From a virus, in IMG/VR virus record IMGVR_UViG_3300019476_000022: a DNA stretch of 31,590 nt, one strand, 5' to 3'. Made by a program: the position numbers and the translations under genes. This document shows, in pieces, positions 7,047 to 14,914 of the stretch. The stretch's first letter is position 1; every line of letters starts with the position of its first letter. A model generated the notes under the pieces. The model saw only the letters and a program-made list of their open reading frames with translations. It had not been told where the DNA came from and searched no databases.

Positions 7047-9614
7047 CTAGCCCCTCCTCATCTGCTGCACCAAGCTGCGGTTATATTGGTCAACGTCGAT
7101 ACCGTTTGTCAGGTTGACAGTTTGGTTGATTTGCGGATACCCATCATTAGGGCCGCCATTGTTTTTGCTGCCCCAGATATCATCAGCTCTGAGCGACACG
7201 CTACCACTGCCAGACAGCGCCAAATCTGGCGTAATCGATGTTGCTACCCGACCATAAATAGCGTCGTTCATATCGTCCACCGCGCTAAGCACGCCATCGA
7301 CACTGCCAGAGACACCTATAGCCATGCCCTCGCCGAGAAACTCGCCGATTTGCATCATCACGCGAGACGGTGAATGAATGCCAAAGAACCCTTTGATGCT
7401 CTTAATCACGCCATCAGTGAACCCTTTAATTTTTCCAACTATCCAGTCAGTGACATTGTTGATGCCGTTCCACAACCCCTTAAGAAAATTAACACCGATA
7501 TTGAACAAGCTGGACGGCGACAGTACAGAGCCTATCTGGTTAATAACCTGCCAGGTAGCGTTTCCGATATTGCCAATCATACTGCCAATACCTCTAACGA
7601 TTCCAAACATCAGGCGAACCGCCGCCTCGCCCATTTTCACGATAAATTCTGGCTTCGTCACTGTATTAATGATGGCGTCAACGATACGTGGTATAGCGAT
7701 GACAAGTGCATTGATTATAGTTGGTAGCGCGTCGATAATTGCCAGCAGTAGTGTTATTGTTCCCATGATTACTTGCTGCAACGACTCTGGATTGCTCAAA
7801 ACGTCCACTACTGTATTAACTAAAGCAGGTATCGAATTAACAAGTGCCGTTATTACATCTGGCAATGCCAATAGTAACGACATGAGTAATTGCGTAGCTG
7901 CCGCAACCAGGGCGGGAACAGCTTGTAGTAGCGCCTGTAGTACCGATGGGAATGCCGCCACTAATCCTTGAATAAGCGCTACAGCTCCTTGCACAACAGC
8001 CGGTATTAAACGCTGCATTATCGGTGGAATCAATGGTAACAATTGGTCAACCACCTGAGGCAGCGCCTGAGCTATACCTCCAATCGACTTCGCGAGTGCT
8101 GGCGTTAGGTTTTTCAGGAATGTTTCGAGAGAGGTCATGAAATTCCCGATGAGTTGATCCAAGCTTAAATCTTCGTTGCCGATACCAGCCAGCAAGTCCG
8201 ACCATGCCGATTTCATCGAGTTAAAACTGCCACTGATAGTCTCGCTCGCCTCTTTGGCAGTGGTGCCAGTGATGCCCATTCGCTCCTGGACGACGTGAAT
8301 ACTCTGGACAAGCTTGTCGAACGGAATGTCTTTGACGTTCTCTGCTGTAGCCTTGAATGACTTGCCCATCACGCCGCTTTCGTTGACTAGGCGCGCCATC
8401 TCCCCGGCAGTACCGCCATACCCAAGCTTCAGGTTGTCGAGCATGGTAAAGTTATCTTTTGCGAAACCCTGGTAGGCATCCTGGATCCTTGCAATATCAG
8501 TGCCCATTTTGTTGGCATTGTCAGCCATGTCTGTGACGGCCATATCGGCGTATTTGGCAGCCGCTTCAGTGTCGCCTTTCAGACCCTGCAAGAGGCTGGC
8601 GCTAAAGCTGGTGACTGTCTCCATGTACTGGTTCGAGCTTAACCCAGCGGTTTTGTACGCATTTTCAGCGTATCTCATGACTGTATCGCTTGAGTTTTTG
8701 AATAAAGTCTCGACACCGCCTACCAGCTGCTCATAGTCGGCGAATCCCTTGACTGCTTTGACTGCCAGCCCACCAATAGCAGCACCGGCGGCGGCAGTGC
8801 CGACCAAAAACGCCTTGCCTAGTCCAGCAGCTGCACTGCCGACAGCAGACAGAGCGCCGCCTAGCTTGTCTTTGATTTTTGTGCCAAGGCTAGCCAACTG
8901 CGGTGATATTTGCCTCACCATGCCGCCAATTTTATCGGTGACCCCACTCGTCAATTCAGATATACCAGCGCTAACAGTTGACAACCCAGGCGCGAGGTTA
9001 GTGCTGATTGCATTGCCGATTCCACCAAACACGGCGGATATCTTTTGTCCGACTGGCGCAAGAAAGCTCGACACCTTGTTACTCAGGCTTATGAATGGCG
9101 CCGCAATAGTGCTGCCCACACTAACGAATGCGCCGCCTATTTTTTGACCAAACCCTACAATGCCGTTTGTTATTGAGCTTATTCTATTCAGCACCCCATC
9201 TTTCATACGTGTCATAGCGCTTATCACTCCGTTGCCAACAGAAGTAAACGCCGTCGAAACTCTCGTGGCGATAGCAGAAACTCTGCTTGTGACCGGCTCA
9301 ACGAATTTAGCAACACGGTCGCCGACAGCTGCCAGCCCAGCGCCAACCTTGCTACCCAGGGCTGCCACTTTGTTGGTGACGGGCGAAATTAGTTCGTTAT
9401 TAACGACCGCCGCACTTTCAGCGACCGCCAACCGGATGCCACTACCGATTTGCGCAAAACCGGTGCCAACCTTTTTCCACGAATCAGACATCTTTTTTGT
9501 GTCTTTTTCGTGTTCTGCTGTCGCCTTTTTCATCTTTTTCTGAGCGTCGTCAATACCCCTGTCGAGTTCCGACTTGTTCACTCTGTAGGTGATGGTGATT
9601 ATTCCTTGGTTCAT
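7047..9614 (-). CDS. Tape measure protein
   Basis: 855 aa. Periodic G/A/S/V-rich helical repeats (..VGAGLAAVGDRVAKFVEPVTSRVSAIATRV..) and a hydrophobic L/A/V/I/P-rich segment. Located after the chaperone genes. Confidence 0.9.
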   Translation of the reverse strand: MNQGIITITYRVNKSELDRGIDDAQKKMKKATAEHEKDTKKMSDSWKKVGTGFAQIGSGIRLAVAESAAVVNNELISPVTNKVAALGSKVGAGLAAVGDRVAKFVEPVTSRVSAIATRVSTAFTSVGNGVISAMTRMKDGVLNRISSITNGIVGFGQKIGGAFVSVGSTIAAPFISLSNKVSSFLAPVGQKISAVFGGIGNAISTNLAPGLSTVSAGISELTSGVTDKIGGMVRQISPQLASLGTKIKDKLGGALSAVGSAAAGLGKAFLVGTAAAGAAIGGLAVKAVKGFADYEQLVGGVETLFKNSSDTVMRYAENAYKTAGLSSNQYMETVTSFSASLLQGLKGDTEAAAKYADMAVTDMADNANKMGTDIARIQDAYQGFAKDNFTMLDNLKLGYGGTAGEMARLVNESGVMGKSFKATAENVKDIPFDKLVQSIHVVQERMGITGTTAKEASETISGSFNSMKSAWSDLLAGIGNEDLSLDQLIGNFMTSLETFLKNLTPALAKSIGGIAQALPQVVDQLLPLIPPIMQRLIPAVVQGAVALIQGLVAAFPSVLQALLQAVPALVAAATQLLMSLLLALPDVITALVNSIPALVNTVVDVLSNPESLQQVIMGTITLLLAIIDALPTIINALVIAIPRIVDAIINTVTKPEFIVKMGEAAVRLMFGIVRGIGSMIGNIGNATWQVINQIGSVLSPSSLFNIGVNFLKGLWNGINNVTDWIVGKIKGFTDGVIKSIKGFFGIHSPSRVMMQIGEFLGEGMAIGVSGSVDGVLSAVDDMNDAIYGRVATSITPDLALSGSGSVSLRADDIWGSKNNGGPNDGYPQINQTVNLTNGIDVDQYNRSLVQQMRRG

Positions 9615-9628
9615 AGTGCTGCGCTTTG

Positions 9629-9637
9629 TGATATAAT
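9629..9637 (+). promoter_or_regulatory. Extended -10 promoter (TGATATAAT) for the plus-strand TM2 gene
   Basis: TGA+TATAAT at 9629-9637, with AAAGGA RBS at about 9650-9656 and ATG at 9665. There is no good -35, which is usual for extended -10 promoters. Confidence 0.5.
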
Positions 9638-9664
9638 TTCTTTATTAAAGAAAGGACTTATTGC

Positions 9665-9889
9665 ATGAAAGACGTCGAAACTTTTAAGAAAAGGTCGCTC
9701 CTCGGATTTATTCCTATGCTGAGTGGTTTGCCGTATTTCTATATCGGCGATATCAAGACCGGAATCATATACACCTTTACCCTTGGTTATATGTATATCG
9801 GGTCTATTTACACATTCTTTAAGGCTGGTGAGATAGTCGACCGCTACAACACCGGTCGCGGCTACGTCAACACCACCAAACGGCAGTAG
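9665..9889 (+). CDS. TM2-domain-like small membrane protein (moron on the opposite strand, inside the tail operon)
   Basis: LLGFIPMLSGLPYFYIGDIKTGIIYTFTLGYMYIGSIY fits the TM2 pattern LLG..(L)GG.G.H.FY.G....GI..L. It has its own promoter and RBS and fits exactly in the 9615-9894 gap. Confidence 0.6.
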   Translation: MKDVETFKKRSLLGFIPMLSGLPYFYIGDIKTGIIYTFTLGYMYIGSIYTFFKAGEIVDRYNTGRGYVNTTKRQ

Positions 9890-9894
9890 TGCCA

Positions 9895-10203
9895 TCAGCC
9901 CAACCTCTTTATTGCGCTCTCGATCGATGAGCGCATTTTTTTGTAGGATTCTCTATTCATCGACGAGGCTATGACTGACATCAACATCATTGACGATTGA
10001 TATTCGCTGATTAGCGCCGACTTAGCCATCGATATCGCATCCGCTGTGTCTAATTCCATGGCGGCGTTCAGGTCATATGCCGGATAGTGCCGCATGATTA
10101 AATAAACACGTTCCTCGAAACTCGAAAGGACTTTGTCAACCTGACTCTGAATGAATCGCTCGTATTTCTCCTGGTCAAAATCAGGTTGCAAATCCTCGTT
10201 CAT
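9895..10203 (-). CDS. Tail assembly chaperone-region protein (second of two)
   Basis: 102 aa, acidic, located between the G-like gene and the tape measure. It has its own ATG 1 nt after the upstream stop. Confidence 0.5.
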   Translation of the reverse strand: MNEDLQPDFDQEKYERFIQSQVDKVLSSFEERVYLIMRHYPAYDLNAAMELDTADAISMAKSALISEYQSSMMLMSVIASSMNRESYKKMRSSIESAIKRLG

Positions 10204-10204
10204 A

Positions 10205-10576
10205 CTAGGCTTCTACCTCTTGAATTTCAGCGCCCTCGGCTGCTAATTTCGCGGTGCTCGTAGTAGCCAGACGTAAAACCTCCTCAATCAGCGCGTCAGA
10301 ATTGTCGGCGTCAAGCTCGTTGAGTAGTTCGTACAACGACAATTCGCCCTCTACAGTCTTCGTTCGCTCGACAATGTCCATCACGATGACACTGCCGGTG
10401 ATTGACTTGCCATCAGTGCCGCTAATCTTCAAGCGGGCAGTGTTTGCCTCCATCGCCTTGTATTGCTTGATGCGCGGAATGAGATATTTGTAGTGCTTGA
10501 CGTCTTCGCCCTCGCCAGGCGTTTCAACATCAAGCAACACTCGCTTCTCCGTCTGATTTTTAAGCTTAAAAGCCAT
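10205..10576 (-). CDS. Tail assembly chaperone (gpG-like position)
   Basis: 123 aa, acidic, directly downstream of the major tail gene. AGGAGGGAGAGG RBS. Confidence 0.55.
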   Translation of the reverse strand: MAFKLKNQTEKRVLLDVETPGEGEDVKHYKYLIPRIKQYKAMEANTARLKISGTDGKSITGSVIVMDIVERTKTVEGELSLYELLNELDADNSDALIEEVLRLATTSTAKLAAEGAEIQEVEA

Positions 10577-10678
10577 CTTCCTCTCCCTCCTCGTAGTTCT
10601 GTTGTCAAAACTACGTTACTTTTTAACGTTTTGGCTATTGACACGATGTTTTTTAGAGGCGTGCCACCTCTGTTATGG

Positions 10679-11188
10679 CTAGGCGAATGTCAAATCACCC
10701 TCGATAAACCTACCGTTCACGGTGATTTGGAACTCCATCAAGCCGTCCTCTAGCGACCAGTCGGTCAGCGTAGCGTCTGCGTCCAGCATGTATGCTGTAT
10801 GTTTTGCTTGCGACGCCAACTTCGGCACCAGCTTCAGTATGCCCGGCACCTGCATTGATGAGCCTTTTTTCAGCCCGACCTGCACCGCACCGCCCTCGCC
10901 GACAGTCACACCCTCGACACCGTCGATAGTCTCGCCGCTGTTATAAACATGCCCAGGCACGATGTTTTTCAAATTCTCCTGCCCGATGTCGGTGATTTTG
11001 AGTTTAATGCTTGAGGTGAAACTCTTGACGATTTTCAGGTTTGTACCGTCGATGAATTTGCGCTCAACCTCTTCCGCGTCGTTGTCCGGCTCCAGATCAT
11101 GCACAGCCAGAACTTTTTTGAAGTTTTTACCAGTCTTGTCCCCGAAATATAGATCGTGGGTCAAGCCAGAGTAATCGATGATTGCCAT
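10679..11188 (-). CDS. Major tail (tube) protein
   Basis: 169 aa, positioned between the tail terminator-type gene and the chaperones. Confidence 0.65.
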   Translation of the reverse strand: MAIIDYSGLTHDLYFGDKTGKNFKKVLAVHDLEPDNDAEEVERKFIDGTNLKIVKSFTSSIKLKITDIGQENLKNIVPGHVYNSGETIDGVEGVTVGEGGAVQVGLKKGSSMQVPGILKLVPKLASQAKHTAYMLDADATLTDWSLEDGLMEFQITVNGRFIEGDLTFA

Positions 11189-11206
11189 TTTAATTGCTCC
11201 TTTGCT

Positions 11207-11593
11207 TTAATCTTTCAAAACTAATGTTACAGATTGGGCACTCCATACCCCCATCCGTAATTCAGAGGCTTCATAGTCGCTGTCTTGCATCGGAAATACG
11301 CTCACACGAATAAATCTCGCATCAGTGTATGGCAATTGCATTAGTGCCGTACGTAGCTTGCTGTCAAGCTCGTACAGCTCGGCTGCATCAGCTTTTACTA
11401 CAGTAATTGTTAGCTCCGTAGTTAACTTGGTATTGCCCAAACTGCCGCCGCTATATTCACCGCCGCTAGCAGCAACCGCCACCATACCGTCTTGGCTCTT
11501 GCTTGCTGGCAATCGCCCGACAAAAACATCTTTACCAAGCTCCCCGCCAGCGACAGTAGCCACTACTTTTGCAATCTCCAATGCTACATTCAT
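11207..11593 (-). CDS. Tail terminator / tail completion protein
   Basis: 128 aa. Position in the HK97-type connector series, directly upstream of the tube gene. Confidence 0.5.
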   Translation of the reverse strand: MNVALEIAKVVATVAGGELGKDVFVGRLPASKSQDGMVAVAASGGEYSGGSLGNTKLTTELTITVVKADAAELYELDSKLRTALMQLPYTDARFIRVSVFPMQDSDYEASELRMGVWSAQSVTLVLKD

Positions 11594-11931
11594 CTAAAAA
11601 ACCTCTTGTAATCTTTCATGGCGCTTCTCACGCCCTCGTCAACGAAACCCTTGCCAGTGCCGGCCGTGGTGTACTTACGTACCACATGAGTACCATTCGC
11701 ACGCCTGCCGCGGTTCTGATACTGTGAGCAAACTGGCTTCCACGTCAATCTGATAGCGTCTCTGCCGATTCGCCGCACCTCGACATTGCGGGACTTTAGC
11801 GACCCCCTACGCCTGAATGGTGCGGTGAGGTTAGCTACTGTCAGAGTGTGATTCGCCATAGCGTTTAGCCCTGTAGCTGCCTGGTTCTGAAAGAATCGTT
11901 TGACAGCGACTGTATTGTCGACGACCGGCAT
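11590..11931 (-). CDS. HK97 gp10-like head-tail joining protein
   Basis: 113 aa, basic. Position third after the capsid gene; ATGA coupling at 11590-11593. Confidence 0.5.
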   Translation of the reverse strand: MPVVDNTVAVKRFFQNQAATGLNAMANHTLTVANLTAPFRRRGSLKSRNVEVRRIGRDAIRLTWKPVCSQYQNRGRRANGTHVVRKYTTAGTGKGFVDEGVRSAMKDYKRFFR

Positions 11932-11933
11932 GA

Positions 11934-12296
11934 TTACACCTCTCTATCGAGCCTTTCCAGCTCAATCTCGACGTGCTGCACTGTGCCGCTGGTGATGACT
12001 GCCCTGCCGACTGCTACGTTAGCGACGCGGTACACCCGCTTAACGCCAAACAACGTCACCTCGGCGAAATATCCCTCGATTGAGTAGCCAGTTGACGACA
12101 GCCAGCTATCTCGGCCGTCCAGGTATGCTCTGGCATCGCCTGTCATAGCGTCGTAGCTACCGCCACGAGTCAAGCCGCTCGTCTGCTCGATGACACACTT
12201 CACGCTGTGCCGCTCGCCTCCCGTCTGGCGGTATACACCGTCTACGGGTGCGACCAAGGTGATGTTATCGCGGAATATCATAGCGATGAACTCCAC
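11934..12296 (-). CDS. Head closure / head-tail adaptor protein
   Basis: 120 aa. A start at 12296 or at the Met 5 codons later is possible. Position second after the capsid gene. Confidence 0.5.
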   Translation of the reverse strand: MEFIAMIFRDNITLVAPVDGVYRQTGGERHSVKCVIEQTSGLTRGGSYDAMTGDARAYLDGRDSWLSSTGYSIEGYFAEVTLFGVKRVYRVANVAVGRAVITSGTVQHVEIELERLDREV

Positions 12297-12915
12297 GTTG
12301 GCTCAGTGGCGTACCAAATGTATCACCAGATACTACACATGAACTGACTGGACGCACGAACTTCGCCAGCAGGTCGACATTCGCCTCAGCGAACTGATCA
12401 ATAACTTGCTTGGTATTGTCGTACGTCACCGAATGGCTCAGCACTGTTTCAGATTTTATATTGTTGTAAAAACTACCTTGATTAGCTATTGACAGCGTGT
12501 CAAATAGCCTCGCAATGAGGATTTTCAAGCCGTATGGCAACGGCTCGCCATATCCCCAGGCCGCCTTGACAACATACCGTCCTGTCTCCAGCGGCTCAGC
12601 CATCTCGATGATGTTGAACCAGCTGGCGTTCAGTTCGTCAGATTGACTTACACACTTGACCACCAGTGGCTTACCGCTCTCAGTAGTTACCTCTGGCAGT
12701 AAACTGGTGAACGGATCGACAATTAGGAAACGTGAGCCGCAAGTTGTCTCATATCGACGCGGCGTATTCGCCTCGCCCTGCATTTTGACATCTAGCAACG
12801 CCTCTAATGTCTCTGTCACCTGCTGCAACAACTGCTCAAAGTACTTATTTTCGGTATCAGAAAGGGGGCGTAAAAGTACGCCCTCGATATCTTCTTTAGT
12901 TACCAATGCTGCCAT
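12265..12915 (-). CDS. Head-tail connector (gp6-like) protein
   Basis: 216 aa, the first gene after the capsid gene. The N-terminus MAALVTKEDIEGVLLRPLSDTENKYFEQLLQQV looks like gp6-type connectors. Confidence 0.5.
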   Translation of the reverse strand: MAALVTKEDIEGVLLRPLSDTENKYFEQLLQQVTETLEALLDVKMQGEANTPRRYETTCGSRFLIVDPFTSLLPEVTTESGKPLVVKCVSQSDELNASWFNIIEMAEPLETGRYVVKAAWGYGEPLPYGLKILIARLFDTLSIANQGSFYNNIKSETVLSHSVTYDNTKQVIDQFAEANVDLLAKFVRPVSSCVVSGDTFGTPLSQRGVHRYDIPR

Positions 12916-12931
12916 CTTACGCCCCTCTCTG

Positions 12932-14824
12932 TTAGGCTACATGTTTAATAGCCACTGCTGATGCGATGCCGCTCAAGCCACCACCTGCGAAGACTTCCTG
13001 CAAGTACTGCTGCTTGTTGTTCTCCAGCTTAAAGTTGCTGAACGCCTCGATTGAGTTGTCGCCAACAACCTTGTACTTATTCAATACGACCAGATACGCG
13101 TCGTTGTCGGCGTCGTTGGTGTCGTTGAACCATTGCGGTACAAATTTACCGGCAAGCTCCAAGTCCTCAAGAATGCTGACTCCTGGCGTGTACAGCATGT
13201 GTCCGTCGCTACCACGCTCGTCTTTCAAAGCGGTCAGGTAGCCGCGCTTAGCGATGATATACACGTCGCCCTCAGCCTCGATTAGGTCGCGTGCGTTCAA
13301 AATAGAAGTGCGGCGGCTCTCTTTGGCTTTCGGTGTGTAGGTTTTAGCGAATACGTTACCAGCTTTGGCGTCGTCTTTGACAGAGATAAACTCTTTAATC
13401 TTGTCATCAGCAGTAGCTTCGCGCCCATCGCCGATAATAGCAGCACGCTCCATGCTTGCAACGATACGCTTCGGCAACTCTGTCAAGACATACTTCAAGA
13501 TTGATCCAGTGCTTCGGTTCTTGCGCAATGTTTCCTTGTCAAGGTCGATACGCGAGTAGACATATTGACCGTTAATGACGCGGTTATCCAGAACAATATT
13601 AGCCTCTTTCTTGGTTTTGCCGGCTTTGTGACCATACGCGCCATCGGTGTTGGTGTCCCAGGCGGTGTTGTAAGCGTCAAGTCCAGTCCTGTCGAACAGG
13701 TTCCAGATTTGACCGCCCGCCTTAAACGCACTCTCGATCGCCTCGACGACTGGTGTCGGCAAGACCTTTTCAGGGTTTGTTACGCCCATGGTTGTTTTCA
13801 AATGGTCTTCCCACGCCGAACGAATGTCGCTCGTCTCTGCACCTGCGTTTTTGACAAGCACATTAGCAAAATCAATTAATGCCTTTGGTGTGTCCAGATA
13901 ATTCGTAGCAACAGTCGTTGCAACAGCTGCTGGATCAGCTGGTTCTTTAACTTGCATTTTTGCAATATCTTCCGGTTTCATTTCCGTATCCTCCTCAGGA
14001 TTGTTATCAGTTGGTTCTCCCGGCTCTGATTGCTCAGCTTCGTCAGTAGGCTCAGCCTCTGGCACGGCTTCCGGTGCCGCTGGTTCGTCAGTCTTCGTTT
14101 CAGGTTCAGTCGTCGTTTCCTCGGCTGGCTCTGCCGTCTTAGCTGCTTCCGCCTCTGCTTTCGCCTTGATTTGTTCAACCAGGCTCTGCATTGGCTTGGC
14201 ATCTGCCTGCTTTACGGCCGACATGCTAAACGCAAAGTTCATACCCATTGCATTTTGCACGCCCTCGTCTTGCTTTTGCTTCTCTGGTGCTTCAGACACC
14301 TCATCGGCAAAACCAAGCTCGACAGCCTTATCGGCAAGCATCCACGTTTCCGCTTCCAGCAACTCAGCGATTTTATCCTCGTCAAGCCCTGTCCGTTTGG
14401 CGTAGATAGGCGTGATGCCCTCCTCGATTTTCAACAGCACATCTTTGGCTTTCTCCATGTCATCAACCGTGCCCATCGCGCAAACAGACGGACGGTGAAT
14501 CATGATCATTGAGCCTGGCGACATGATAATCTTGTCGCCCGCCATCGCAATTACTGATGCAATCGACGCCGCTAAACCATCAACTCTGACAGTGACATTT
14601 CCGTTATGATTCACAAGTGCGTTATAGATTGCCAAGCCTGCGAACACGTCGCCGCCGGGGCTGTTGATAACAACTGTCAAATCGCCCGCATGCTGCTTGA
14701 GTTCTTCGCGAAAGAGGTCGGGTGTGACTTCGTCGCCCCACCAGGTATCACTCGCGATAGGCCCGTCAAGTATAAGCTCTTGATTATTCGATGAAACGGA
14801 ATTGCTCCACTTCCAGAACTTCAT
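12932..14824 (-). CDS. Fusion of ClpP-family prohead protease, acidic linker and HK97-type major capsid protein
   Basis: The N-terminus VVINSPGGDVFAGLAIYNAL...DGLAASIASVIAMAGDKIIMSPGSMIMIHRPS is a ClpP/S14-like Ser protease. Next comes an E/P/T/A-rich acidic stretch. The C-terminal roughly 300 aa are capsid-sized and sit at the capsid position. Confidence 0.8.
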   Translation of the reverse strand: MKFWKWSNSVSSNNQELILDGPIASDTWWGDEVTPDLFREELKQHAGDLTVVINSPGGDVFAGLAIYNALVNHNGNVTVRVDGLAASIASVIAMAGDKIIMSPGSMIMIHRPSVCAMGTVDDMEKAKDVLLKIEEGITPIYAKRTGLDEDKIAELLEAETWMLADKAVELGFADEVSEAPEKQKQDEGVQNAMGMNFAFSMSAVKQADAKPMQSLVEQIKAKAEAEAAKTAEPAEETTTEPETKTDEPAAPEAVPEAEPTDEAEQSEPGEPTDNNPEEDTEMKPEDIAKMQVKEPADPAAVATTVATNYLDTPKALIDFANVLVKNAGAETSDIRSAWEDHLKTTMGVTNPEKVLPTPVVEAIESAFKAGGQIWNLFDRTGLDAYNTAWDTNTDGAYGHKAGKTKKEANIVLDNRVINGQYVYSRIDLDKETLRKNRSTGSILKYVLTELPKRIVASMERAAIIGDGREATADDKIKEFISVKDDAKAGNVFAKTYTPKAKESRRTSILNARDLIEAEGDVYIIAKRGYLTALKDERGSDGHMLYTPGVSILEDLELAGKFVPQWFNDTNDADNDAYLVVLNKYKVVGDNSIEAFSNFKLENNKQQYLQEVFAGGGLSGIASAVAIKHVA

Positions 14825-14914
14825 GCTTTATTTCCTTGTTAAAGTTTGCTTTCGACTCCTGCTTGCCCGTCCAATTTGAGCGTTTTGCTCTCGTCTTATT
14901 TCTAAGACTACAGA

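Noticed and set aside
7374-9543. Plus-strand ORFs inside the tape-measure gene (7374-7727, 7378-7971, 8500-8736, 8749-9147, 9160-9543)
   Set aside because: They are antisense shadows of a long, compositionally biased gene. They have low-complexity translations and no RBS or promoter. The same reasoning applies to plus-strand ORFs inside the capsid, portal, terL and recombination genes, and to alternative-frame minus ORFs such as 13978-14202, 16390-16851 and 17232-17510.
9895-10576. Expected gpG/gpGT programmed frameshift between the two chaperone-region genes
   Set aside because: The downstream frame has a TAG four codons upstream of its ATG, and I saw no slippery heptamer at the end of the first gene. 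The second gene appears to be independently initiated 1 nt after the first gene's stop.
10590-10680. Hairpins between the tail tube and chaperone genes (AGAGG..CCTCT and CGTAGTT..AACTACG) as terminators
   Set aside because: Neither is followed by a U-tract on the transcribed (minus) strand. They are more likely mRNA-stability or expression-ratio elements and are not called as terminators.
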